Part shown: one piece after another, positions 54,446-64,000 of the stretch | How the letters are laid out: the number at the start of each line of letters is the position of its first letter | Position numbering within the stretch: the first letter of the stretch is position 1 | The notes under the pieces: model-generated | Told to the model about the DNA's origin: nothing | The model's database searches: none | What the model saw: only the letters and a program-made list of their open reading frames with translations | Source of the DNA: a virus | Lineage: Duplodnaviria > Caudoviricetes | Direction: 5' to 3' (one strand) | DNA: 64,000 bases | Virus record (IMG/VR): IMGVR_UViG_3300033074_001542 | Location: 6,068-70,067 of that record | Made by a program: the position numbers and the translations under genes

Positions 54446-55159
54446 TCAGATCACCTTCGAGGAGATCGGGTTGACCGCGGCCCGCGCCGGATCGTTGATC
54501 CAGAAGGCCGTGCCCGTCTTGTCGTACCCCAGGAGCTCGCCGCACTCGGTGCACTTCTTGGCGCCCGGGTGGATGCGGTTCTTGCAGCACGGACAGTCGA
54601 TAAACTGGGACCCCTCGGTCATGTCCTGCGACCACTCGCGCTCGATCCTGAGGATCTGGGCCGCGCGCTTGGCCAGCGTGTCGACCGCAGCAGCCGTCTT
54701 GTACTGAGAGTACTGCGTGTCGCCCTGGAGAACCTTCGATCGCGCCCAGGCCTTGAGCCTGGTGTCGGCCATGGCGAGCTCCTGCTCGGTCGGCTCGGGG
54801 CCGGCCGGCACGAAGACGCCCATTTCCCACCAGTTCGAGGTGTGGCCGGGGTCGGGGACGTTCTGGTCGTTGCATTTCTTGTAGTCGAGTCCCATCAGAT
54901 CGAGCGCCATCGCCCTCGGAGTGATGTTGACGATCGCCACATGGTTGTTGTTCCCCAGGTCACGCTTGCTAACCCCGGGCCCGACCGAGATGAATGCGTA
55001 CTTTCCCTTGCCCTTGCCAGGAAGTTCGCCCTGTATCGACCAGTGCGTGATCGAAAGGCCCCAGGGAAGGACCGAACAGAGCTTGACTGGGACGAGATCT
55101 GCGGGCGCGAGCGCCATCTCATAAACGATGACGGGTTCGGCGCCGTACTGCGACGACAT
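54446..55159 (-). CDS. Hypothetical protein with a C-terminal zinc ribbon
   Basis: CPCC....AKKCTECG. Confidence 0.65.
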   Translation of the reverse strand: MSSQYGAEPVIVYEMALAPADLVPVKLCSVLPWGLSITHWSIQGELPGKGKGKYAFISVGPGVSKRDLGNNNHVAIVNITPRAMALDLMGLDYKKCNDQNVPDPGHTSNWWEMGVFVPAGPEPTEQELAMADTRLKAWARSKVLQGDTQYSQYKTAAAVDTLAKRAAQILRIEREWSQDMTEGSQFIDCPCCKNRIHPGAKKCTECGELLGYDKTGTAFWINDPARAAVNPISSKVI

Positions 55160-55650
55160 CAGGTACCTCCGTACTCGGCTTTTCTACGCGACTCCGGTGT
55201 GGTCGGGCCGCTGACCGGTATCCATGACTTGAACGGGAAGGCCGCAGCCATCTCGCCCATGATTTCTTCCTTCTTCGCGTCCGTCGCCGCCTGCTGCGCC
55301 CACATGTCTTCCTGGATCTTCTTGCGAATCTCGAAAGTAGTGCGAGCTACGGTTTGGCGATGAGCTCCGACAGCCTGTCTGAGCACCTCGAGGGTTGGCT
55401 CCATGTACGTCTTGGAGATTCCTTCCTCGAAAGTAATGATCCTCTCGTGTGAACGAAAGACGGGGGACCACCACTCGAGATGCCAGCGCTCCAGCCATCG
55501 CTCGGGAACGCCATACCGGTCCGGATCCGAGTATCCCCAGACGAGCCGGTAAGCTGGACCAGAGGGAGACCCCCCGCCGTAGTCGGCCAGTAGCCTGACC
55601 CACTCCCGGCGGGGGACCTTGTTGCGTTCTGCTGCAACCGTAGCCCGCAT
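55159..55650 (-). CDS. Hypothetical protein
   Basis: Directly downstream of the MCP; TGATG overlap with the next gene. Confidence 0.6.
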   Translation of the reverse strand: MRATVAAERNKVPRREWVRLLADYGGGSPSGPAYRLVWGYSDPDRYGVPERWLERWHLEWWSPVFRSHERIITFEEGISKTYMEPTLEVLRQAVGAHRQTVARTTFEIRKKIQEDMWAQQAATDAKKEEIMGEMAAAFPFKSWIPVSGPTTPESRRKAEYGGT

Positions 55651-55654
55651 CGGA

Positions 55655-56920
55655 TTAGGACGTGAACTCGTTGTAGCCAGTCGGGATCGCGAGCGAGCTG
55701 ATGTAGGCGTTCAGGCCCGGGTCGTCGCAGCAGAGCTGGGAGATCGAGGCGAGATACGTCACTTCGCTGGTCGCGAGACCACCGGACGCGCCGTAAATTG
55801 GGAAAGTTGAAACATCGTCGACCGTGTAGAGTCCGAATGGGACTGTCTCGACACGAAAGAGGTTCTCCATGTTGACGAGGTCGACGCGCGTGGCGTTCTG
55901 GTTCGGAGCAGCGAAGGTGCGGATGCCGTCAACCTCGAACTGGTCCGGGTTATACAACATCTCTACCCCGGACCGCTGGGCGGGCTGCTTCTGGATCATG
56001 TTGACGAGAAGCGCGAGCTCCTCGTAGGCCTGACGCTGGGTGGGATTCCAGATGTACTGCCAGTTGCCCTTTTTCATCGCGCCATCACGGAAGAGTTCGA
56101 GGCGGTTCCGGAGCAGGCGGAAGTGGGTCGGCGTGAGCGCACCCGAACCCGCGTCGACATTGATCGAGCGGATCTGCGGATACGTCGCGCGGGACATGTT
56201 CATCCACAGTCCGGTATTCGCACTGGACGAGTGGTAGGCCAAGCCCCAGAACCAGGTGGGCGAACTTCCGACAACGCCTTCGGGAAGCAGTTTGTCGTTG
56301 GTCGTGGTCGTTGTGGAGGCCGTGAAATACGCCGTCCGGTTCGGATGGTCGAGGACGTCGACAGTGACCGTCTGGGTGCGGGCCGTCAGTGCCGAGTTGT
56401 AGACCTCGTACTTGTGGCCGGCGCGCAGCCAGCGGGTGCCGATGGGGGTGGTGAGCTCGAACGAGGCCGCGGTCGCACCAGTCTTGATGGTGCCCATGAC
56501 GCCGGTGCCATCACCGAAGTAATAGCGATCGAGCTGAGCCTTGTACTCGCTCGTGCCATCCTTCAGCATGTCCTGAACGGCGTTCTTGATCGCGATGTCA
56601 TTGGAACTGGAATTCCACTGAATCGCGCGGGTCGACTCCAGCGCGACGAGAAGGGGAATCGGAGTGACATACCCCTTGTCGTACTGGGCGCCGGTTCCAC
56701 GTCCCAGGTCGCCGCCGTCGGGGTTGAAGGTTCGCACCTGTCCGCCCGGCTTCAGCTTTTTGGCGATGACCAGGCCGCGGGGCCCGATCTTCTCGACGTC
56801 TCGCTTTTCGATCATGGAGCAGAAGTTCTGCTCCGCTTCGAACAGCGCCGGCACCACGTCACGGTATTTCTCCTTGAATAGTGCCTGGCCGCTGGTGTTA
56901 CTCAGAGGTCCTACTGCCAT
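55655..56920 (-). CDS. Major capsid protein (HK97 fold)
   Basis: 421 aa after portal and scaffold; pattern KYRDVVPALF..QLDRYYFGDGTG..HFRLLRNRL..VDGIRTF..LCCDDPGLNAYI. Confidence 0.82.
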   Translation of the reverse strand: MAVGPLSNTSGQALFKEKYRDVVPALFEAEQNFCSMIEKRDVEKIGPRGLVIAKKLKPGGQVRTFNPDGGDLGRGTGAQYDKGYVTPIPLLVALESTRAIQWNSSSNDIAIKNAVQDMLKDGTSEYKAQLDRYYFGDGTGVMGTIKTGATAASFELTTPIGTRWLRAGHKYEVYNSALTARTQTVTVDVLDHPNRTAYFTASTTTTTNDKLLPEGVVGSSPTWFWGLAYHSSSANTGLWMNMSRATYPQIRSINVDAGSGALTPTHFRLLRNRLELFRDGAMKKGNWQYIWNPTQRQAYEELALLVNMIQKQPAQRSGVEMLYNPDQFEVDGIRTFAAPNQNATRVDLVNMENLFRVETVPFGLYTVDDVSTFPIYGASGGLATSEVTYLASISQLCCDDPGLNAYISSLAIPTGYNEFTS

Positions 56921-56932
56921 AGCAGTCTCCTG

Positions 56933-58297
56933 TTACTTCTGCTTGGCCTCGAACTCCGCGAACACCTGGTCCATTGTCTTTCCCCTTCCGGAGAGAGGCT
57001 GGCTTCGCGGGGCGATAGGCGCGGCGCCGGATGAACCGAGGTCGCGTCTCGAGGCTGAGGTGAGCTTTTCCTGGCGCCTGACCCTGACGCCATTGGCGAT
57101 TTCCGAGAACTCCCGAAGTACAGGTGCCGCAACAACCGGAAGGAGCGACTTGGCCTGGTTGATCAAGTACTGACGCGCCTGCGCACGGTGCTCTGGGCTA
57201 CCGTTTCCGCTGCGTAAGATCTTGTCGTACTGGGCCTGGATGTGCGGGTTCTGGTCGACCCTGCGCACAAGCTCGTCACCGATGGAATCGAAGAGTTTCG
57301 CCTTCGTCGCATCGTTGTAAGAGCCTGCGTACTCGTCGATCCACTCCTGCACGACCTTTGCGCCTTCCTGGAACGATTCGGAGACCACGCTCTGGTGGAA
57401 TGTCCGGATCTTCTGGAAGACCTCGTCCCTGCGGGCCTGCATCTCAAGCTGACGTCTCTCGGCCTCCTGCCTTTTCAGGAGTTCCAGCTCCTCGAGCTTC
57501 TGGCGCGCATGCTCCGGAAGTTCGGCCTGGTCGCTGTTTTCCGATTCCTCAGCCTCTAACCCAACGTAGACAGCCAGGTCATGCGCGGCCTCTTCGAGGA
57601 GGGGATTCCCCTTCTTCGCGTCCTCGCGCATGTTGGCAACCACGTTCCGAATGAGCTTGACTCCGGCGGCGCGCCACGCCGGCGGGTGGAACTCCTCCAG
57701 GTGATCCACGATGTGGCTCACGAACTGGCGGGTTCCGTTCGGGTCCACCTGAACCATCATCCGCATGATGTGGTTCGCGGCTTCGTCCGAACCGTGCGCG
57801 ATGGCGGCCTTCAGATTGTTCATCTGGTCCGCTGTCATCACGATCTCATCAAGCACTTCCGGTGTTGGCGCCACCGCCTTGTAGTGCTCGATGTCCGACA
57901 TCTTGATTCCGGCCCTCTGGTACGGCTGGGCCGTCATGTAGGCGTCGATCAGGAGTCGACGCATCTTGGGGTCCGGGATGGCCTCGACGGCCTTGCGGAT
58001 CTTGGGGAGCCTCGTCTTCCAGTCGTCTGGAGTGAGCTCAACTTCTGGCTTTGCCGGTTCGGTTTCCGCCTCCGCTTCCGGCTTCGCCTCGACCTTCTCC
58101 TCCGGCTCTTTGTCCGAGAGGATCTCGTCGACCATTTCCTGTTTGCTCTGGGGTTTGTCCGCCTCGACTTCTGCGTCGGCCGCGCGGAAGACCTCATCCA
58201 TCCCCTTGCCCTTGAACGCGGACGGATTGTCCGTCGGGGATTGTGTAGGAGTTGCTGTTGTAGGTGTCGGTTTTTCGACTACCTGGACTTCTTCCAC
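56933..58297 (-). CDS. Capsid scaffolding protein
   Basis: Acidic, helical, between portal and MCP, with a basic C-terminal tail; GGAGG RBS and GTG start. Confidence 0.75.
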   Translation of the reverse strand: MEEVQVVEKPTPTTATPTQSPTDNPSAFKGKGMDEVFRAADAEVEADKPQSKQEMVDEILSDKEPEEKVEAKPEAEAETEPAKPEVELTPDDWKTRLPKIRKAVEAIPDPKMRRLLIDAYMTAQPYQRAGIKMSDIEHYKAVAPTPEVLDEIVMTADQMNNLKAAIAHGSDEAANHIMRMMVQVDPNGTRQFVSHIVDHLEEFHPPAWRAAGVKLIRNVVANMREDAKKGNPLLEEAAHDLAVYVGLEAEESENSDQAELPEHARQKLEELELLKRQEAERRQLEMQARRDEVFQKIRTFHQSVVSESFQEGAKVVQEWIDEYAGSYNDATKAKLFDSIGDELVRRVDQNPHIQAQYDKILRSGNGSPEHRAQARQYLINQAKSLLPVVAAPVLREFSEIANGVRVRRQEKLTSASRRDLGSSGAAPIAPRSQPLSGRGKTMDQVFAEFEAKQK

Positions 58298-58305
58298 TGG
58301 GCCTC

Positions 58306-60612
58306 CTACTGAGGTGGTGCCTGCCCTGGAGCAGGCATCGGGGGCGGAATGGCCAGGGGGTTGCCCTGACCAGAAATCAGCTTAGCATGATTGGCTTCTA
58401 CCCATAGCATCAGGTTCTGCCAACCCACTGGGTTCGCCTGCTTTGCAAGCTCGCCATCTTCACTGAACGCGAAATCGACGGCAGCCGTGATGTTGATCGC
58501 GGCGTCGTCGAGAAGATCCGGTTGAATGCTCGGGAGAGGCGGCATCGGCTGCATGATCGGCATCCCGGTCATGTCCAGTATCGGCTGCCCCGTCATCGGG
58601 TCCATCGCCGGCTGTGGTGGCTGCGGAATTGGCTGTTGGGCAAGCAATTGCTGGAAGATCTTGAAGGCTCTGCGGTACTGCGCCTCGCCCGGGACCTGGA
58701 GCTCGTGACCCAGCGTCTTCTTGATCATGTCGGCGTTCGACATCATCGTCATCATCGGCTGGAACAGCGGGTTCCCCATGAGCTGCATCAGCAAGGCCTG
58801 CTTCTGCGGCCAAGTTGTCGGGTAGTCCTCGTCGAGCTCCGGATAGGTCCGCGCGAGTCCGATGTCGAGGTCGTTCGGCCCGAGCGTCTCCGTCCTGTAG
58901 CTACCCGACTGGTCCACCGAGACGACGTCGATCGGCTCCGTGGCGTTCTTCTTGAAGTCCTTGACGACGAGCTCCGCAACCTCGGACCAGTGCTCGCAGA
59001 GGGCCCGGAGGAAGAGGGAAACGCGGCCGAGTGCGGAATTCCGCTCGATCTCCATGCCCTGGGCGGTCGAGTTGCCGGCCCCGTGCGCGCCGTAGGCCGC
59101 AGGGAAGACACCAGTCACGAACTGGGCGATCGAGGTCCGGAGGTCGTTCAGGAAGTTGACCGCATACTCCGGGAGCTGCCCGGGGGCTGTCTGGAAGAAA
59201 CCGTTCGCGAGCGACTGGCCCGGAGGGGCCTTCGCGTTGTAGGCCGCCCCTGCCATGACGCTCGAGCGCGCCCACTTCTTGAGGTCGAGGACCTGGGAAT
59301 CCACGAAGGTAACCGGGAGCGTGTACTCGACGTTGTCCCGGACCATGTTGAAGACGTCGTTCGCGACCTCCTGAATCTGGACGAGCGACCCGCCGATCGG
59401 TTCCCGGATCTGACCGGTTCCCGGGAGGGCGTGGCAGACGCTCCAGTGATCCAGAAGATTCTCGTTCCGAGCTTCGCAGAACACGTCGTCCGCAAACGCC
59501 ACGTAAGCCCCGTCCGGAAAGGCCTGGAGGAGCTCCTCGCGCTTCCGCTCGTCGTCGAGCTGGTAGAAGGCCCTCTTCGCGAACCAGATCTCGGAGACGG
59601 TGATGTACTCCGAACTCCTCACCGGGGTCGGCCGGTTGTCAGCAGTCAGGCCATGTGACATCTGAAGGCGAGCGCGCTTCTCGATCGTGGAGGTGGCGCT
59701 GTCGCCCGCCTGGGTACCGCCCGGAGTGCCGATTTTGTTGGCGACATGCTTGAACGCGTGCCGGACGGTTGCCTTGGTCATCTCCCGGCGCCGGATGAGG
59801 TACTCGAACTCATGGATGTCATTCGCCGTCGGGGGCGTGAGCATCTCGAGCCCGTCGACGATGTCCCGGATCGTCTTCGACCGCGGGATCGTCCGGGACC
59901 CAACCTGGATCGGGACGCTTGCGGTCTGGGCCGGGATGTCGGCCTGCTCGTTGAGAGGTGCACCGCAGTTCTGACAGCCGATGTTCCCCTCGTTGACCGT
60001 CTTGCAGACCGGACAGGTGTACCCGGCCGGCGCCAGGACCCGCTCCTGCATCTCGATCTGTGGCTCTTCGATCCAGCCGAACCGCTCTCCGTCGGCGACG
60101 GTGCGGACATAAGACCCGAAGGTGCCATCCGTCCAGAGGAGGTAGATCGCCTTCACGAGCTGGGAGTGCGTCTTCTCCTGTGTCCGGAACCACCGCACGA
60201 CCGCGTCACATTTCTTGGCTGCCTCGACGTCCTCAGGCTTGCGCGAGTTCTGGGGCCAGAACTTCACGACCATCTTGTTCCCGGAAAGGAGCGCAATCAG
60301 GGAAAGCGCGTAGCCCTGGAAGAAGTTGAGGGCGTAGAGAGACTGCGTGTCCACGCCACCCGAGACCGTGGACATGCCACCACTCATCGAGTTGTAGGCG
60401 CGCCAGGCCCCGGTCTGGTAGTCGAACCAGCGCCACGCGTTACCGCGGAACAGCTCCCGGTTCTTCAGGACCTTCCGGACGTACTCGCGCCGGGCGATGT
60501 CGGAGGTTTCCTCGAACTTGCGAAGAAGCTCCCGGAGGGAGCTTTGCAGGTACTCCGGGAGCGCATCGGCCTGGATGGTCTCGTTCTCGGGTGGAAAATA
60601 AACGTCATTCAC
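58306..60612 (-). CDS. Portal protein
   Basis: 768 aa; NFFQGYALSLIALL..DVEAAKKCDAV..SLVQIQEVAND..QFVTGVFPAAYG; Pro/Gln-rich C-terminal tail as in P22-like portals. Confidence 0.85.
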   Translation of the reverse strand: MNDVYFPPENETIQADALPEYLQSSLRELLRKFEETSDIARREYVRKVLKNRELFRGNAWRWFDYQTGAWRAYNSMSGGMSTVSGGVDTQSLYALNFFQGYALSLIALLSGNKMVVKFWPQNSRKPEDVEAAKKCDAVVRWFRTQEKTHSQLVKAIYLLWTDGTFGSYVRTVADGERFGWIEEPQIEMQERVLAPAGYTCPVCKTVNEGNIGCQNCGAPLNEQADIPAQTASVPIQVGSRTIPRSKTIRDIVDGLEMLTPPTANDIHEFEYLIRRREMTKATVRHAFKHVANKIGTPGGTQAGDSATSTIEKRARLQMSHGLTADNRPTPVRSSEYITVSEIWFAKRAFYQLDDERKREELLQAFPDGAYVAFADDVFCEARNENLLDHWSVCHALPGTGQIREPIGGSLVQIQEVANDVFNMVRDNVEYTLPVTFVDSQVLDLKKWARSSVMAGAAYNAKAPPGQSLANGFFQTAPGQLPEYAVNFLNDLRTSIAQFVTGVFPAAYGAHGAGNSTAQGMEIERNSALGRVSLFLRALCEHWSEVAELVVKDFKKNATEPIDVVSVDQSGSYRTETLGPNDLDIGLARTYPELDEDYPTTWPQKQALLMQLMGNPLFQPMMTMMSNADMIKKTLGHELQVPGEAQYRRAFKIFQQLLAQQPIPQPPQPAMDPMTGQPILDMTGMPIMQPMPPLPSIQPDLLDDAAINITAAVDFAFSEDGELAKQANPVGWQNLMLWVEANHAKLISGQGNPLAIPPPMPAPGQAPPQ

Positions 60613-60991
60613 TCTTCTCGGGCTCCTTCATGCTAGCGATGTAGCTTTCCTGCTCCATCCGCCAGAGAGCCGCCCGAACGCCGCGGATCCTGCGAAGAGC
60701 AATCCCCGGGTCGTTGTCCTCAACGTTCCCGGGGTTCTCGAGGACGACTTCGTGCAGCATCTTCGTGAGCTTCTGCTGGCTCTCGCGCAGAGCCTCAACA
60801 CTCTTCCTGAGGGCAGCGATCTCGACTTCGTTGTTGATCGCCAGGAGCTCTGTCGAGAGGTCGTGCTTGACCGTGGACGTGATAACCACGGTCTGTTTGC
60901 CCATCTGAATCGCCACGTCGTCGATGGCGCGCAGGGCGACCAGCAGAAGAATCGCGAGAACACCACCAACCAGGATGAGAGTGACGATCAT
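60605..60991 (-). CDS. Single-pass membrane protein with a coiled coil
   Basis: MIVTLILVGGVLAILLLVAL. Confidence 0.6.
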   Translation of the reverse strand: MIVTLILVGGVLAILLLVALRAIDDVAIQMGKQTVVITSTVKHDLSTELLAINNEVEIAALRKSVEALRESQQKLTKMLHEVVLENPGNVEDNDPGIALRRIRGVRAALWRMEQESYIASMKEPEKSE

Positions 60992-61749
60992 TCGTTACCG
61001 CTTGGCCTTCCACCACTGCCGATGTTGCCAGCGCCCTCCTGCTCCCAGGTGCCGTTCCCCACGTACTTGCCGCCCTTCCACTTCTGCATCTCCTTGCCTG
61101 GCATCCGCGGAATGGCACCCGGCGTCACCATGGGACCCATGCCGCTGTTCCGGTAGGCGTTGCGGTCCATCGGCATCCCGGCCTGACCAGACTGGGCAAA
61201 GAACTCTCCCCAGGTGGGAAGGTCGCTCCGCCCCCCCTGGTTCTGGACAGGGGCCCTCGTCTCGAGGTCGTCCCACCGGGCCTTGAACTCGTCGTCCGTG
61301 AGCTGCCGGTTGAAGTTGTTGCCACCCGGCGTCTGCGACCATCCGCCCTGGCGCGCAACCCCGGCGGACCCAGGTCCGTTCGGAATGACGCTCGAGGTGG
61401 ATGACCCGCCAACGCCAGATCCGTAGCTCGACCCAGGCGCCACACCAGCGCCCTTCCCGAGGGTTTCGGTGCTGACGTTCCCCTTGGATGACGGATTCGG
61501 ATTCGCGACCGGAGGAGCGCCAGGATTCACCGGCGGCGGTCCACCCGGAGAGCCACCGACCGATCCAGCGGACCCCGAACCAGTCTCCTGGCCCGTGGAA
61601 CCGGAACCGGTTGAACCAGTTGAACCGGTTCCGGCCTTCTGTTGCGTGAACCTGTTCCGGAATGTCTGATTGGTCGGGTTGTAATCGTTCTGCCAGGGGT
61701 ATCTTCCCCCGGAGGACGGGTACCCACCCCCACCGCCGATGTTGCCCAT
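60988..61749 (-). CDS. Gly/Ser/Pro-rich disordered protein
   Basis: AAGGAGG RBS. Confidence 0.6.
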   Translation of the reverse strand: MGNIGGGGGYPSSGGRYPWQNDYNPTNQTFRNRFTQQKAGTGSTGSTGSGSTGQETGSGSAGSVGGSPGGPPPVNPGAPPVANPNPSSKGNVSTETLGKGAGVAPGSSYGSGVGGSSTSSVIPNGPGSAGVARQGGWSQTPGGNNFNRQLTDDEFKARWDDLETRAPVQNQGGRSDLPTWGEFFAQSGQAGMPMDRNAYRNSGMGPMVTPGAIPRMPGKEMQKWKGGKYVGNGTWEQEGAGNIGSGGRPSGNE

Positions 61750-61758
61750 GGTGCCTCC

Positions 61759-62244
61759 TTACGGGAGAGTGACGTACTCGATGTAGACGGTTCCGGTGCA
61801 GGTCGTGACGTCCGCCAGGTCGCCGGCGCCGCCGAGAATCTGAAGAACGATGTCCTGAGCGGTCGTGTAAAAGAGAATTCCGACGCCCGTCCCGAGCTCG
61901 GCAGTCGCATTTCCGTAGATCGTGGCCGCCGAGGCCTTGATGCTTCCGGCCTTGATCCAATCAACATAATCCGTGCCAACAACGCCGACCGAACCCGTGA
62001 GCGTGCCTGCGGCGAAGGTCGCCTGCGTATCGTTGATCAGGTAGGCCGCGATGACTCTCGAGTTCGCCGGAAGCTTTCCGACCGAGAGATTGGCCGTAAC
62101 TCCGCCGCCACCGGCCGCGACGACCTCTGCGTTGGTCCAGGTCCGCTTGATGACCCCGTAATGCGGAGTCGAGGCTGCCGCCACCGTCGTCGTCACCGTG
62201 GTCGGGGTAGCGTTTCCGAGAACCGCTGAAGTGTTGGTTGCCAT
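61759..62244 (-). CDS. Beta-sandwich virion protein (possible capsid cement/decoration)
   Basis: GKLPANSRVIAAY..TVYIEY jelly-roll-like pattern. Confidence 0.5.
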   Translation of the reverse strand: MATNTSAVLGNATPTTVTTTVAAASTPHYGVIKRTWTNAEVVAAGGGGVTANLSVGKLPANSRVIAAYLINDTQATFAAGTLTGSVGVVGTDYVDWIKAGSIKASAATIYGNATAELGTGVGILFYTTAQDIVLQILGGAGDLADVTTCTGTVYIEYVTLP

Positions 62245-62254
62245 CTAGGCCTCC

Positions 62255-62722
62255 TTATCGCCTGACGAACTTCAGCGTCTTGGCGACGCGGTTCATCCAT
62301 CCGGCCAGAAATTGAGCTTGATTCGGTTTCGTGGCGAGCCTCTGCAAGTGGACCCTGTAAATGCTCAGGTAAGCGAAGACCCGACAGTCCTCCGCGGATT
62401 CTGCCCAGGAAGCATCCTCGAGGAAGTCGGCCGCGACCGCAACACCGCAGTGAACGGCCGCAACAAAGTGGCTGACGGCCAGCCGCCCGGGGAGCTTGTT
62501 GCACTCGGCGACGAGCCAGTAGCGCCGATAGTAGATCTCCTCGACCTCGGCCTCTGTGATGTCCCAGACGTCGCGGATGGGGCGCCCGTGCGTGACACTC
62601 CACGTGTCGTAGGTCGCCTGGGTGATCCCGTAGGCGGTTCGTCCACCCTTGTCGCCCTTGATCTCGGACTTGCCGCCCTCCAGTTCGAGGACAAGTTTCA
62701 AGGCGTCCGGGAAGTCCATCAA
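62255..62722 (-). CDS. Endolysin, glycoside hydrolase family 108 with a PG-binding C-terminus
   Basis: LELEGG....DKGGRTAYGITQATY..IYYRRYW..FLAGWMNRV. Confidence 0.92.
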   Translation of the reverse strand: MMDFPDALKLVLELEGGKSEIKGDKGGRTAYGITQATYDTWSVTHGRPIRDVWDITEAEVEEIYYRRYWLVAECNKLPGRLAVSHFVAAVHCGVAVAADFLEDASWAESAEDCRVFAYLSIYRVHLQRLATKPNQAQFLAGWMNRVAKTLKFVRR

Positions 62723-63093
62723 CGGTCTCCCCTCTTATCTTCCAGGTTCTGGTAGAGACAGAGCCCGTTCTTGACCGCGTCGTCGTGAGCCCTACGGAGA
62801 GAAGCGACCTCGTTTCCAACGGACTTCAAATCGCCCTTCATCTCGGCCAACGTTTTCGTTATCTCTAGCTGGAGTGCCTGGATGACGGGTGTCATGTGAT
62901 GGTTCGGATGGGCGTGCGGATTTTCGTCGTGAGTTCTTACTGCGGCGAGTGCAACGGAGTGCATATCACGTACCTCTTTCCTCAGAAGGTCGACCTCATC
63001 CTTGGCCACAGATCGAACCCACAGGCCGACTGCCGCCAGGATGAATGGCGCTGCAATAACCCAGATCCGCAGAGCGATGTCGAACGTTCCCAC
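62719..63093 (-). CDS. Holin-like or membrane-anchored coiled-coil protein
   Basis: One TM helix (IWVIAAPFILAAVGLWV), adjacent to the endolysin. Confidence 0.5.
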   Translation of the reverse strand: MGTFDIALRIWVIAAPFILAAVGLWVRSVAKDEVDLLRKEVRDMHSVALAAVRTHDENPHAHPNHHMTPVIQALQLEITKTLAEMKGDLKSVGNEVASLRRAHDDAVKNGLCLYQNLEDKRGDR

Positions 63094-63321
63094 TCAATTC
63101 CCCGCCGCTCGCCCAGCCGCCTTGGCTTGGGTCAGGAACGTCAAGGTGCAGGCGTCGGCAATGGCCGCCACCGTCTTGACGTTGTTGCTCCGTTGGGATT
63201 CCTCTGGAAACCTGTACCTGATAACGTGGCTCACGAAGGATCCGGCGAACCAGAGGAACGCGGCGATGTTCACCAGGATCGGATGACTCTGAGCGAGCCC
63301 GGCGAGAAAGTCGGACGGCAT
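63094..63321 (-). CDS. Putative holin
   Basis: 75 aa with a hydrophobic helix (ILVNIAAFLWFAGSFVS) in the lysis cassette. Confidence 0.45.
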   Translation of the reverse strand: MPSDFLAGLAQSHPILVNIAAFLWFAGSFVSHVIRYRFPEESQRSNNVKTVAAIADACTLTFLTQAKAAGRAAGN

Positions 63322-63322
63322 C

Positions 63323-63487
63323 TCAGACCTTCACGAAATAGCTTTCCCCGGACTTGTTCACGAGCAAGAAGAGGTCATCCCAGTCGGCGTCGGTGACCGT
63401 CGTCTTCGCCAGGAGAGACTTGGCCTTGGCGGCGATCTCGGGCCCGTATTTCAGGAGAATCTGGAGGATCAGGACGGTAACTTCCAT
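63323..63487 (-). CDS. Small amphipathic lysis-cassette protein
   Basis: MEVTVLILQILLKYGPEIAAKAKSLL..; TGATG overlap; not in the ORF track. Confidence 0.45.
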   Translation of the reverse strand: MEVTVLILQILLKYGPEIAAKAKSLLAKTTVTDADWDDLFLLVNKSGESYFVKV

Positions 63488-63831
63488 CAGCGCAACCTCT
63501 CGATCAAGGATACGAGACCATCGGCTGCGACGCGAACATCTTCCATCACGCGGTCAGGCGGCTGCCCGGCCTTCCCGTCGTTCCAGGCCTTGACCGCCCC
63601 GTAGGCGGTTCGAGCTGCCCTCTGGTAGACGTCGTAAGCGTTCAGGATCTGCTCCTTCTGGACATCCGTGATCTTGCCGGCGCGATAGAGGTCGCCGGCC
63701 ACCTTCATCGACGTATCCACGGTGATCGCGACTCCGTCGAGAGTCTTGTAAGCCTGAACCCATGCCGGCGCCGGAGCGCACGCGGCGATCCAGATCATCA
63801 GGCCGAGCAGGTACGACAGGTAACGTTTCAT
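63487..63831 (-). CDS. Lipoprotein (spanin-like)
   Basis: Signal peptide with lipobox IAAC; GGAGG RBS. Confidence 0.6.
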   Translation of the reverse strand: MKRYLSYLLGLMIWIAACAPAPAWVQAYKTLDGVAITVDTSMKVAGDLYRAGKITDVQKEQILNAYDVYQRAARTAYGAVKAWNDGKAGQPPDRVMEDVRVAADGLVSLIERLR

Positions 63832-63916
63832 TCGGTGCCTCCGTAGGAAAAAGGCGCCCCCGGGCCGGAGAAGACAGCGCCGGGGGTTAAGTCGGCCTGG
63901 GGGACCGATTCGTGCC

Positions 63917-64000
63917 TCACTTGCGTTCCAGCTTCATTGCGCACGGCGAATCCACGCGGAACTCGCACGTCACCCCGCTCGCCGTCCACTGGCTGTGGAA
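63917..64000 (-). CDS. C-terminal end of an ORF entering from the right edge
   Basis: FHSQWTASGVTCEFRVDSPCAMKLERK*, followed by a GC hairpin and T-run (~63848-63890). Confidence 0.35.
   Translation of the reverse strand, partial: FHSQWTASGVTCEFRVDSPCAMKLERK

Noticed and set aside
1-64000. tRNA, rRNA, integrase or attachment site
   Set aside because: By eye I found no T-loop/cloverleaf pattern, rRNA-like sequence or recombinase motif; a tRNAscan-SE run would be needed to exclude tRNAs firmly.

Overview
The window is most of the genome of a GC-rich tailed dsDNA bacteriophage. It is probably podovirus-like, because there is no tape-measure or tail-tube gene but there are tail tubular/adaptor proteins and a set of DNA-ejection proteins. 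(1) 1-16 kb, minus strand: replication and recombination genes (primase-polymerase/DnaB-like helicase fusion, SSB, PD-(D/E)XK nuclease, MazG-like, RecT-like, RuvC-like, DEDDh exonuclease, small regulators), running directly into the terminase genes; terL is cut by the left edge. (2) About 16.0-18.6 kb: a non-coding, repeat-rich control region and a divergent promoter region. (3) 18.6-30.4 kb, plus strand: an early or host-takeover cluster of about 30 small, often acidic proteins ending in an SNF2 helicase, punctuated by conserved tandem-hairpin elements. (4) 30.4-64 kb, minus strand: lysis cassette, portal, scaffold, major capsid, adaptor/tubular proteins, a beta-helix tailspike, low-complexity internal proteins, and a ~3,500-aa giant polyvalent ejection protein. 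The most striking observation is an apparently complete sigma-70-like factor (regions 1.2, 2, 3 and 4) embedded in that giant protein, together with candidate target motifs upstream of the early genes. I saw no DNA polymerase, RNA polymerase, integrase, tRNA or CRISPR array. All functional calls come from motif recognition by eye, with no database search. Many ORFs in the supplied track are off-frame shadows of GC-rich genes.
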